Positions 1 through 9,003 of a stretch of DNA of 64,000 nt are shown here, in pieces. The stretch's first letter is position 1. Each line of letters starts with the position of its first letter. Made by a program: the position numbers and the translations under genes. Source of the stretch: Planctomycetota bacterium (lineage in GTDB: Bacteria; Planctomycetota; B15-G4); the NCBI GenBank assembly GCA_965248575.1, contig CBDFJQ010000002.1, positions 3,392,001 to 3,456,000 on the forward strand, given 5' to 3'. The notes beneath the pieces are model-generated. The model worked only from the letters and a program-made list of their open reading frames with translations. It ran no database searches and was not told the DNA's origin.

Positions 1-182
1 GAGAGCACGCCCGTCACGAAGCGGTAGCCCATGGCGTTGACCAGGCCCGTTGGCTCCAGCGGGTCGACCCGTCGCACGAGGCCGCGCGGTTTCGTTTTGG
101 GTTGGCCTGGAGTCACAGAAGTCGATCCATCACCCGCCCCGGTCGCGGTCGTCGCGCCGTCCACAATCGAAGAACTGCCCAC
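1..182 (-). CDS. partial CDS running off the window start, unknown function
   Basis: GTG at 182 preceded by a strong GAGGAGGAG RBS just after the TPR gene stop; open frame to the window edge (MGSSSIVDG...MGYRFVTGVL). Confidence 0.5.
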   Translation of the reverse strand, partial: MGSSSIVDGATTATGAGDGSTSVTPGQPKTKPRGLVRRVDPLEPTGLVNAMGYRFVTGVL

Positions 183-195
183 GTCGAGCTCCTCC

Positions 196-1332
196 TCAGA
201 GCTCGGCAGCAGCCTTGCTACCCCAGCTGGACGTCGCGTAGCCATCGGCGCAACGCTTCAGCAGGATCTTTCCGAAGCGCTCGGCGTCGAGCTCCGAAGA
301 ATCGAGGCTGGCGACATTCAAGAACGTCTGCCCGCCCCAGTACAGGGCCTCTGGCTGCTCGCGGGCCACGCCGCGGTAAACCGTCTGGACCCGCAGGAAA
401 TCGAGCCGTGCAGCGCGGAAGGAGGCCAGCGCATCTTCGCGGAAGCCCTGCGCCCGGTCGTCCTGCTTCTTGCTCTGCGCCTCCTTCGACTTCTGCAGTT
501 CGGTCTGCGCCTGCCAAAAGAGGCAGCGCCCGCGACCGTTGAAGGCCCCTGCCACCACCGCCAGTTCCGTGGACAAGCGGCTCGCGATGATGTCGTCGAA
601 GAGCGGCAGGGCGTTGTCGAGATCGTCGATGCCCAGATACACCCGGCCCATGCGCATGGCGCATTGGTTGGCCACGCTCTTGAAGTCATCGTCGGTGCGC
701 TTGCGAAGGTCCTTGTATCCCTTCAAGACGTCCTCACCGTTGGCCTCCGCCGCCCACAGCAGCGCGAACTCAGCCTCATAACCCCAAGCTTCACCCAGGT
801 CCTTGCCCTCGACCTCCGCCTTCAGCTTGGTGAACACCTGGCTGGCCTGCCCCAGCTGACGGTTCAAGAACAAACCGCGGCCCTTGCCGAGCAGCGCCCT
901 GGCGTAATGCCGGGTGTCGCGGAAGGTGCTGAGGAGTTCGTCGAAGATCACCACCGCGTCGGCGAAGTTGTTGTTGGCCAGCAGCGCATCGCCGCAGTTC
1001 GCGTAGGCCGTGGCCCGCACGAAGTCCGAGAGGTCCTCGTTCACGGCAGCCAGTTCGAACGCCCTGGCCGCAGCCAGGGAGTCACCGCTGGCCAAGGCTG
1101 CCACGCCCTTGGTGAAGTTCGGGGACGTCCGGCCGTACTCGATGCGCCGGACCTCCTTGCTGTCCACCTTCTGGGTCACCGACTTGCGCCGGTACTCGAC
1201 CTTCGAGAAAGACTCGCTCCGAACCGCCACGCCCAGGATCTCCCGGCCATCGTGCAGATAGAGATCGTCCGCAAAGGCGGGTGTCGCCAGCAGGGCGACG
1301 AAAAGCAGGGCGGTGCGGCTCAGGGTGCTCAA
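196..1332 (-). CDS. secreted tetratricopeptide-repeat (TPR-like) protein
   Basis: signal peptide (TALLFVALLATPAFA/DD); repeated helical motifs such as ALLGKGRGLF and EALYWGGQTF. Confidence 0.7.
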   Translation of the reverse strand: MSTLSRTALLFVALLATPAFADDLYLHDGREILGVAVRSESFSKVEYRRKSVTQKVDSKEVRRIEYGRTSPNFTKGVAALASGDSLAAARAFELAAVNEDLSDFVRATAYANCGDALLANNNFADAVVIFDELLSTFRDTRHYARALLGKGRGLFLNRQLGQASQVFTKLKAEVEGKDLGEAWGYEAEFALLWAAEANGEDVLKGYKDLRKRTDDDFKSVANQCAMRMGRVYLGIDDLDNALPLFDDIIASRLSTELAVVAGAFNGRGRCLFWQAQTELQKSKEAQSKKQDDRAQGFREDALASFRAARLDFLRVQTVYRGVAREQPEALYWGGQTFLNVASLDSSELDAERFGKILLKRCADGYATSSWGSKAAAEL

Positions 1333-1403
1333 AGCTGGACTCCGGGGTCGAGCTGGACGGATCTAGGGAACTCAATCTGAGTTAGGCGTCGAATCAGGAG
1401 AGG

Positions 1404-2261
1404 TTACTGGCGGCCGTCGAGAGGGGTCAAGGTGCTGCGGACGGCGCGCGGAGTTTGGAGCGAGCCATCGGGAGCCTGCTCGGCCCCTCGGACGAGGCCA
1501 ATCAACTGGGCCACGATGGAGACAGCGATCTCTGAGGCCGTCTTGGCCCCGATCGGCAGACCCACGGGAGAAACGATGGCCTGTAGCCAGGAATCCTCGA
1601 CCCCCTGCTCCGCGAGGCGTGCCAGGAGGGTCGCGCGCTTGGACGTGGAGCCGATCATGCCCAGGAAGCGCGGCGCCACACCCGCTGCCGCGAGGGCCGA
1701 AAGCACCCGCTCGTCATCGTGGTGTCCGCGGGTCATGACCACCACGAAATCCAGGTCGCCGATCCGGGCGTTGCGGGACGTCTGCTCATAGTCCCCTGGC
1801 ACCTTCTTGGAGGTCGCCGGCAAGCGCTCGTCCTCGAGCATGTCCGGGCGGTCGTCGTAGAGCGACACGTGGAAACCGGACTCCGTGGCCAAGCTGGCGG
1901 TGGCACCGCCCACGTGACCTGCGCCAAAGATGTGCAGGGCCGGGGCCGTCACGGGCTCGATGAAGACGATGACCGTTCCTCCGCAAATGAGACCGCTGTC
2001 AGGGTAGTGCTCCTCGGTGAGCGTGAACTTCACGCTCATCGAGCGCTGGCTGCGCATGACATCCTTGGCGTGCTCCCAGACCTCTGCCTCAAGGCACCCA
2101 CCCCCCACCGAACCGACGAAGGTGCCGTCCCCGCGCACCAGCATCTTCATGGGGTCCTTGCCTGGGGTGGAACCCATGGTCGAGACGATCGTGGCCAAGG
2201 CTGCTGGCTCGCCGCGGGCTCGGCAGGCGACGATCTCCTCCCAGATGTCAGCGGCCATCAC
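1404..2261 (-). CDS. xdhC: XdhC/CoxI family molybdoenzyme accessory protein
   Basis: GSTPG..GSVGGGCLE, CGG, IFGAGHVG, MTRGH, GMIGS..K, SPVGLPIGA..EIAVSIVAQ motifs. Confidence 0.9.
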   Translation of the reverse strand: MMAADIWEEIVACRARGEPAALATIVSTMGSTPGKDPMKMLVRGDGTFVGSVGGGCLEAEVWEHAKDVMRSQRSMSVKFTLTEEHYPDSGLICGGTVIVFIEPVTAPALHIFGAGHVGGATASLATESGFHVSLYDDRPDMLEDERLPATSKKVPGDYEQTSRNARIGDLDFVVVMTRGHHDDERVLSALAAAGVAPRFLGMIGSTSKRATLLARLAEQGVEDSWLQAIVSPVGLPIGAKTASEIAVSIVAQLIGLVRGAEQAPDGSLQTPRAVRSTLTPLDGRQ

Positions 2262-2601
2262 CAGCCCCCTCGCTCAGTGCGTGCACGAAGATCTTCCCGT
2301 CGCCGATCCTGCCGGTGCGGGCGCCACGACACACAGCCTCCAGCGCGTCGTCGAGCTGCTCGGCAGGGACCGTGAACTCGAGCCGCACCTTCGGCAGGAA
2401 GCTGCCCTCGAACTGGCCCGGCTCGTAGAACTCCAGGTGCCCCTTCTGTCGCCCGTAGCCCTTCACCTGCTCGATGGCCACGTGCTCGGGCGCGAGGGGA
2501 AGCAGCTCCTCCATCACCGCGTCGACGGCCAAGGCGCGGACCACTGCGATGACCCGGGTGCGGGTCCCAGCAGGCAACGACGAAGGGCGGGTGGAGTCCA
2601 T
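2248..2601 (-). CDS. P-II family signal transduction protein (non-canonical)
   Basis: VKGYGRQKG, FLPKVRLE and TGRIGDGKIFV signatures. Confidence 0.88.
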   Translation of the reverse strand: MDSTRPSSLPAGTRTRVIAVVRALAVDAVMEELLPLAPEHVAIEQVKGYGRQKGHLEFYEPGQFEGSFLPKVRLEFTVPAEQLDDALEAVCRGARTGRIGDGKIFVHALSEGAGDGR

Positions 2602-2613
2602 GGGGCCGACAGT

Positions 2614-4290
2614 CTACTGGCCAGACGTCGTCTCGCGCCGCAGCTTGCCCTTCAGCTCCTGCCATTCCCGGGGACACAGGCGCGGGGCCAGCAGCAGGAA
2701 GCCTCCGAGACCAGTCGCCAGGCCGGCGAGTACCCGCAGCAGGGCAGCGCCTCGGCCCTGTCCTAGTTGGGTGGCGAGGCCTGCATCCACGCCTGCCACG
2801 GCGAGGGCCAACAGCAGCCCAAGCAGCAGGGTAGGCAGGAGCCCCGAGATGAGGCGCTCACCCGGCCGCAGGTCGAGCTGCCTGCGCACGCCCATGGAGA
2901 GCAAGACGGTGGTGACCAGGGCCGTGATGGAGGTCGCCGCCGCCAGGCCCAGCTCGGCGTAGGGGCCCACCAACAGCAGGTCCAAGGCGATGTTGACCCC
3001 GGTCGTCACCAGGCCCACCTGGACCGGCAGGCGCACATTGCCCATGGCGTAGCACGCCCGGGTCAGCAGCATCGCCGTCCCCGCGAAGGGGATACCGAGC
3101 GAGTACCCCAAGAGGGCCTGGGAGGTTGCCGCCGTGTTCACCGGCCGGAACTCACCGCTCTCGTAGAGCAAGCGGATCACCGGCTGCGCCAACACGGCCA
3201 AGCCAACGGCAGCCGGAACAGACACAAGCAGGTTCGTCCGCAAGGCGAAGCTGGCCGTCTTCCCGGCTCCGCGGCGGTCTCCCATGGCCACCATCTTGGA
3301 CAGGGTGGGGAAGACCGCCGTCACCAGCGCCACCGCGACCAGGCCCAAGGGAAACTGCATCAGGCGCATGCCGTGGTAGAGGTGCGTGACCGCGCCCTCG
3401 CCCAGGCTGCGCATGGCGATGGTGCGGTCCGCCAGGACGTTCAGCTGTGCGCTGCCCATGCCCAGCAACATCGGCCCCACGACGAGGGCGACCTCCGACA
3501 ACTCCGGCGACCTCCTCGGCCACTGGAGTCGGAAGGGAACACCGTGTTGTCGCAGGGCGCGCAGGTGCCAGGCGATTTGCACGGCCGCCGCGACCAGGAT
3601 CGACGCCGCGATGATGGTCCCCTGTTGTGCCATGGGTTGCGCCAGGGGTCCGCGCGCCTGGCCCGCCCCGTCAACTGCTGGGCCTTGAGCGCTCCCCCAC
3701 CAGGCCGCGGCACCGATACCGCCCAACCAGATGACATTCAGGATGATGGGGCTGAACGCCGGCACGCCGAACTCCCCCGACGCGTGCAGGACCGCCATGA
3801 ACTGGGCGATGACGCAGATGGCTGCGAGATAGGGCAGCAGCATCCGGGAGTAATGCAGAGTGAGTTGCACCGTCCCGACGTCGTCCTGGCCTAGCACCCC
3901 TGTGACCCAGCTCTCGGGCAGCAGATAGGTGGCCGCGATCAGCACGGCGACCAGAGCCACCAGGAAAGCCGCGACGGAGGAGATGACGGCATTGGCCACC
4001 TGCAGCGCCCGCTCCCGGCCCTCCTTGTGAAGCACCCGGGTGAAAACCGGCAGGAAGGCGGAGCCCAGCGCCCCCTCGCCGAAGAGGCGCCGGAACAGGT
4101 TCGGGAGGGTCCAGGCGAAGGTCAGCGCATCATTGACCGCCGTCGCGCCCAGGACATGGGCTGTGGCCATGTCGCGCAGGAGCCCCATCACCCGTGAGGC
4201 GAGGGTGAGCAGGGAGACCACGCCTGCGGAGCGCAGGAAGCCTCCGTCCGCAGGGGAATCCGATGGGTCCTTGGGCGTCACCCCCGGCAC
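2614..4290 (-). CDS. murJ: lipid II flippase MurJ (MviN)
   Basis: SRVMGLLRD, LPNLFRRLFGEGAL, RLMQFPLG motifs; about 14 TM segments. Confidence 0.93.
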   Translation of the reverse strand: MPGVTPKDPSDSPADGGFLRSAGVVSLLTLASRVMGLLRDMATAHVLGATAVNDALTFAWTLPNLFRRLFGEGALGSAFLPVFTRVLHKEGRERALQVANAVISSVAAFLVALVAVLIAATYLLPESWVTGVLGQDDVGTVQLTLHYSRMLLPYLAAICVIAQFMAVLHASGEFGVPAFSPIILNVIWLGGIGAAAWWGSAQGPAVDGAGQARGPLAQPMAQQGTIIAASILVAAAVQIAWHLRALRQHGVPFRLQWPRRSPELSEVALVVGPMLLGMGSAQLNVLADRTIAMRSLGEGAVTHLYHGMRLMQFPLGLVAVALVTAVFPTLSKMVAMGDRRGAGKTASFALRTNLLVSVPAAVGLAVLAQPVIRLLYESGEFRPVNTAATSQALLGYSLGIPFAGTAMLLTRACYAMGNVRLPVQVGLVTTGVNIALDLLLVGPYAELGLAAATSITALVTTVLLSMGVRRQLDLRPGERLISGLLPTLLLGLLLALAVAGVDAGLATQLGQGRGAALLRVLAGLATGLGGFLLLAPRLCPREWQELKGKLRRETTSGQ

Positions 4291-4339
4291 ACTACCGGCC
4301 GGGGATGGGCGCCTCCAGAGAAGTCAGGGGCGGACGCCT

Positions 4340-5452
4340 TCAGGCGCCGGTGCCTGCCTCCCGGGAGCCCGTCGCCGCGGCGCTTCCGGCTGCTGCCTTG
4401 GCGGCCGCCTTGCCCTCGACAAGCACGGCCTCGGCCACTTCCTGCGCGGCGTCGTGGGTCGTGATGTCCCGGGACTTCGCGGTCTCGAAGACCGAGGTGA
4501 GCGCCTCACCGATGTTGTCGATCTTCTTGATGGCGCGCTCTTCGTTGTAGCCGCCCTCTTCCAGCTCGAGGGAGACGTTGATGATGCCGCCGGCGTTGAT
4601 GACATAGTCAGGTGCGTAGAGGATTCCACGCTCCTTGAGCATCAGGGCGTGCCTGTTCTCGTCCTCGAGCTGGTTGTTCGCAGCACCCGCCACCACGCTG
4701 CACTTGAGGCGCGGGATGGTGTTGTCGTTGAGCGTGGCACCCAGGGCGTTGGGCGAGTAGATGTCGCAGGCGACGTCGTAGACCGCGTCGGGATCGACAA
4801 GCTCGGCGTTCAACTCGTTGCGCGCGCGGGCGATGTTGTCGGCGTTCACATCCGCGACGATGACCTTCGCGCCATGCTCCACGAGCATCTGGCCCACCAC
4901 GAAGCCCACGCTTCCGGCGCCCTGAAGGGCAACGACCTTGCCCTCGAGGTTGTCAGAGCCGTAGGCCGCACGAGCCGCCGACTGGATCCCCACGAAGGTG
5001 CCACGCGCGGTGTAGGGGCTGGGGTTGTCGCTGCCACCCATGTCCATGGGCAGGCCCGTGACGTGCGCCGTGTGCTTCTTGACCGACATCAGGTCAGACA
5101 CACCGACGTTCACGTCTTCGGCCGTGATGTAGAGGCCGCCGAAGGAGTCGACGAAGCGACCCATCGCCTCGAACAGCTGCTCGCTCTTGTTGGCGGCGTC
5201 GGCAACGATCACGGACTTGCCGCCACCCAGGCCGGTACGAGCCACGGCCGACTTGAAGGTCATTCCACGGGAGAGGCGCAGGACGTCGCGCTGGGCGTCA
5301 GCCTCCGAGGCGTAGTTCCACAGACGCATGCCACCCAGTGCCGGGCCGAGCGTGGTGTCGTGCACTGCAATGAACGCCACCAGTCCGGTCTCGGGATCTT
5401 CAGCCCGAGCAACCTTCTCGTATCCCGGTACTTCGATCGGCGTGATCTTCAT
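4340..5452 (-). CDS. Glu/Leu/Phe/Val dehydrogenase (leucine dehydrogenase-like)
   Basis: AVHDTTLGPALGG, GGGKSVI, TAEDV, GAANNQL, YAPDYVINAGG; start set at MKITPIEV (5452). Confidence 0.92.
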   Translation of the reverse strand: MKITPIEVPGYEKVARAEDPETGLVAFIAVHDTTLGPALGGMRLWNYASEADAQRDVLRLSRGMTFKSAVARTGLGGGKSVIVADAANKSEQLFEAMGRFVDSFGGLYITAEDVNVGVSDLMSVKKHTAHVTGLPMDMGGSDNPSPYTARGTFVGIQSAARAAYGSDNLEGKVVALQGAGSVGFVVGQMLVEHGAKVIVADVNADNIARARNELNAELVDPDAVYDVACDIYSPNALGATLNDNTIPRLKCSVVAGAANNQLEDENRHALMLKERGILYAPDYVINAGGIINVSLELEEGGYNEERAIKKIDNIGEALTSVFETAKSRDITTHDAAQEVAEAVLVEGKAAAKAAAGSAAATGSREAGTGA

Positions 5453-5742
5453 CGTGTGAGCTGTCCATGGGTTCTTCGACATGTGCTTTGGCCGAGGAGG
5501 CCTGAGGCCCGTGTCCTTCCTGGAACACGCACCCGATGCTGGGAGCGACCGAGGGGCCCACTCCCTGCGATGGGCCTGGGGGGGCCCGCCCCGCACGAGA
5601 CATCTAGCAGTGGCTGCCGGCCCGGCGGGCGGGGAGTCTAGCACGCCAGACTGGGCCCTCGACAAGCGGCGGGACGGCCCAAAGCGGGCCTCCAGATGGC
5701 GTTCTGGGAGGGCGGAATCGAAAGGGAATGCAGGCACCGTGC

Positions 5743-5771
5743 TTGACCATCCTTATCCGCCTCGCTATGGC
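5743..5771 (+). promoter_or_regulatory. possible sigma70-type promoter for topA
   Basis: TTGACC-N17-TATGGC about 50 bp upstream of the topA start; the -10 match is weak. Confidence 0.3.
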
Positions 5772-5819
5772 TTGGGGCTCTCCGGCGCCGACCCCCAGTC
5801 CGAGCAGCAGGCATAAGTC

Positions 5820-8486
5820 GTGTCAAAACCACTAGTTATCGTTGAGTCACCCGCTAAGGCCCGCACGATAGGCAAGTTCCTAGGCCGGAACTTCACTGTC
5901 AAAGCGAGCATGGGCCACGTTCGAGACCTCCCTAAATCGGGGCTCGGCGTGGACGTCGAGGACGACTTCCGGACGGAGTGGGAGCCGATCAAGGATCGGG
6001 CCAAGGTGCTCAAGGATCTGCGCGAGCGCGTGGAGTCCACGGACACCATCTACCTCGCAACTGACCCCGACCGCGAGGGCGAAGCCATTGCCTGGCACCT
6101 GGTCGAGTCCTTGATGGACGAGGAGGAGCGGGCGGAGAAGACCATCCAGCGGGTGGTCTTCCACGAGATCACGGACTCCGCCATCAAGGAGTCCTTCGAC
6201 CACCCGACCGAGCTCAACACGCACGGCGTCGACGCCTACAAGACGCGCCGGGTGCTCGACCGCCTCATGGGGTATCAGCTCTCCCCTTTGCTGTGGAAGA
6301 AGATGGCTCGCGGCCTGTCCGCTGGCCGGGTGCAGACCGTTGCCGTGCGCCTGGTGGTGGAGCGGGAGCGGGAGATCCGCGAGTTCGACCCCGAGGAATA
6401 CTGGCGCCTGATCGCACGCTTCGGCGAAGGCGAAGACGTCTTCGAAGCTGAATTCGGCCGCCTGGACGGCGAGAAGCTCAAGCTGATCAATGCCGAGACG
6501 ACCCAGAGCGTGTTGGCCCGCCTGTCCACCTCGGCCAGCGCCCTGGGCGCCGTCCCGAACGACGACAGCGACAAGGACGTGCTGCGCTTCCCCGTCGTCA
6601 CGGACGCCACGCCTTTCAGCATCACGAAGCTTGAGCAGAAGGCCCGCCTCGACCGCGCGCGGCCTCCTTTCATCACGAGCACCCTGCAGCAGGCGGCCGC
6701 CGGCCGCTACGGCTTCACGGCCCGGCGCACCATGCGCACGGCGCAGCAGCTGTACGAGGGCATGGAGGTGCCAGGCAAGGGTGCCGTCGGTCTCATCACC
6801 TACATGAGAACCGACTCCTTCAACATCTCGAAGTCGGCCCAGGCCGCGGCTCGCGACCTGATTCCGAAGCTCTACGGCGAGAAGTACCTGCCTGAGAAGC
6901 CCGCGTCCTACCGCAGCAAGAAGGGCGCGCAGGAAGCTCACGAGGCCATCCGCCCCACCGATCCGTCGATCCACCCCGACGACCTCAAGGGCGTGCTCTC
7001 AGCCGAGCAAGCGAAGCTCTACGACCTCATCTGGCGGCGCTTCATGTCCAGCCAGATGTCGCCGGCGGAGTACCTCGTCACGAGTGTCGAACTCACGTGC
7101 AACGGCGCGGCCTTCGACGCCTCAGGGCGCGTCACCGTGTTCGATGGATACACCCGGGTCTACGGCCGCGAATCCCGCGATGATCAGCAGTTGCCACCCC
7201 TCACCGAGGGTGCGGACATGATCTCGCAAAACGTCGACGCGACGCAGCACTTCACGTCGCCACCGCGCCGTTACACGGAAGCCTCGCTGGTGCGCTCACT
7301 CGAGAAGCACGGCATCGGTCGGCCGTCCACCTATGCGTCCATCCTCTCCACCATCGTCGATCGCAAATACGTCGACCACGGTGAGGAGGCAACGGAGGAT
7401 GAAGCCCGTCGAGCCCTCATCGCGGGCGAGGAAGATCCGCCCGTGGAGGCCGCCTCGGACGCCGAATCCGCCGAATCCGCCGAATCCGCCGATGCGGAGA
7501 CGGAGCCGAGCGACGACGATGACGAGGCGCCCGCGGATGATCGCGGCCCGCAGAAGAAACGCTCTAAAGCCTTCCACGCCACACACTTGGGAGAGGCGGT
7601 CACCAACCTCCTGGTCCCCTATTTCGACGAGATCGTGAACACCGAATTCACGGCCAACATGGAGAGCAACCTCGACCGTGTGGCCGAGGGGGAGGTGGAC
7701 TGGAAGAAGATCGTCCAGGACTTCTACGTGCGCTTCGCAGGCGACCTCAAGAACGCTGAAGAGAACATGGAGCCGTACTGGGAGCGGCCCATCCTGTTGA
7801 CGGACATGGCGTGCGGGAAGGTCCCCGAAGACGGCGGCCCGGCGTGCACCGCGCCCATGGCGATCCTCTTCAACCGCTTCGGAAGCTACCTCGGCTGCTC
7901 GCGTTACCCCGACTGCAAGAACACCCTCAGCCTGACGGGCCGCAAGAAGGCCGAGGCCGAACTCACCGAACACACCTGCCAGAAGCGGAACGACAAGGGA
8001 GTCGTCTGCGGGCGGCAGATGGAGAAGAAGGTGAACCGTTGGGGCAGTGCCTTCCTGGCGTGCACGGGCTTCAAGGAGAAGAAGTGCGACGGCACGGTCT
8101 CCATCAGCAAGGCGGGCGAACCCCTGTGGCCGGTCGAGACATCGGTGCCCTGCCCAGACTGCGAAACGCCGTTGGTGGTCAAGCGCTCCCGGAGAGGCAA
8201 ATTTCTCGCCTGCACCCGCTATCCGAAGTGTCGTGGGACGCTCTCGGTTCCCAGCTGCACAAGGGAATCGCGCACCGGCAAGGCGTGCGGGAAGCCCATG
8301 ACGGAACCGGTCGCTGGCGGCAAGATGCGCTGCAAGACGCACCCCGACGTGAAGTTGGTCCCCCCTCCCAAGAAGAAGAAGGGCGAAGAGGACGACGGCG
8401 CCAAGCCAAAGGCAGCTGCGAAGAAGGCCACGAAGAAGAAGGCGGCCAAGAAGAAAGCCACGCGCAAGAAGGCAGCGCCCAAGTAA
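5820..8486 (+). CDS. topA: type IA DNA topoisomerase I with C-terminal Zn ribbons and Lys/Ala tail
   Basis: LVIVESPAKA, ATDPDREGEAI, SAGRVQ, ITYMRTDS, QEAHEAIRPT, GIGRPSTYA; several C4 repeats (CSRYPDC, CTRYPKC). Confidence 0.97.
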   Translation: MSKPLVIVESPAKARTIGKFLGRNFTVKASMGHVRDLPKSGLGVDVEDDFRTEWEPIKDRAKVLKDLRERVESTDTIYLATDPDREGEAIAWHLVESLMDEEERAEKTIQRVVFHEITDSAIKESFDHPTELNTHGVDAYKTRRVLDRLMGYQLSPLLWKKMARGLSAGRVQTVAVRLVVEREREIREFDPEEYWRLIARFGEGEDVFEAEFGRLDGEKLKLINAETTQSVLARLSTSASALGAVPNDDSDKDVLRFPVVTDATPFSITKLEQKARLDRARPPFITSTLQQAAAGRYGFTARRTMRTAQQLYEGMEVPGKGAVGLITYMRTDSFNISKSAQAAARDLIPKLYGEKYLPEKPASYRSKKGAQEAHEAIRPTDPSIHPDDLKGVLSAEQAKLYDLIWRRFMSSQMSPAEYLVTSVELTCNGAAFDASGRVTVFDGYTRVYGRESRDDQQLPPLTEGADMISQNVDATQHFTSPPRRYTEASLVRSLEKHGIGRPSTYASILSTIVDRKYVDHGEEATEDEARRALIAGEEDPPVEAASDAESAESAESADAETEPSDDDDEAPADDRGPQKKRSKAFHATHLGEAVTNLLVPYFDEIVNTEFTANMESNLDRVAEGEVDWKKIVQDFYVRFAGDLKNAEENMEPYWERPILLTDMACGKVPEDGGPACTAPMAILFNRFGSYLGCSRYPDCKNTLSLTGRKKAEAELTEHTCQKRNDKGVVCGRQMEKKVNRWGSAFLACTGFKEKKCDGTVSISKAGEPLWPVETSVPCPDCETPLVVKRSRRGKFLACTRYPKCRGTLSVPSCTRESRTGKACGKPMTEPVAGGKMRCKTHPDVKLVPPPKKKKGEEDDGAKPKAAAKKATKKKAAKKKATRKKAAPK
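7461..7487 (+). repeat. in-frame 9-bp tandem repeat (GCCGAATCC)x3 inside topA
   Basis: directly visible; encodes AES-AES-AES within an acidic insertion. Confidence 0.85.
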
Positions 8487-8574
8487 CACTCGGGCAGGGC
8501 GCTGACCGTACGCAGAGCGGGCACGTGAGGCGCGGGACCCTCCCCAGTCGAACCACTTTGCAGGGCAGACGTCG

Positions 8575-9003
8575 ATGATTTCGGACACCTTCCTGATCGC
8601 TTTCGCCTGCACCGTTGCGGCCCTGGCGGGCGTGATCTGGTCCGGGGTCAAGGCCCGCCGCAGCCTGCACTATGGTCTCGTCGTGCTCCTGCTCGGTCTG
8701 CTGACCTGGGCCATCCGAGAAGCGGAGATCATGGGTTCCGATCTCGTCTACGAAGGCGCGTCGGGGGTGTTCCGCACCATCCACTTCGGAGCAGTGGGCC
8801 TGACGTTCCTTGCCCTGCCGTTGCTCGTGGTCACGGGCCTTCGGCTCGCGAAGAAGGAGTCGCCATCCCATCGCAAGGCACACCGCGCCGTGGCCTGGGT
8901 GTTCATCTGCGCGGTCCTCGCCACGACAGCGCTCGGCACCACCATGACGTTGCTCGCCGAGAAGGCGCAGGACCCGCCGGCCGAAGCAACCCCAGCCGAC
9001 TAG
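8575..9003 (+). CDS. 4-TM membrane protein with conserved-looking His residues (DUF420-like)
   Basis: four hydrophobic helices; His in RRSLHY, RTIHF and RKAHR. Confidence 0.55.
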   Translation: MISDTFLIAFACTVAALAGVIWSGVKARRSLHYGLVVLLLGLLTWAIREAEIMGSDLVYEGASGVFRTIHFGAVGLTFLALPLLVVTGLRLAKKESPSHRKAHRAVAWVFICAVLATTALGTTMTLLAEKAQDPPAEATPAD

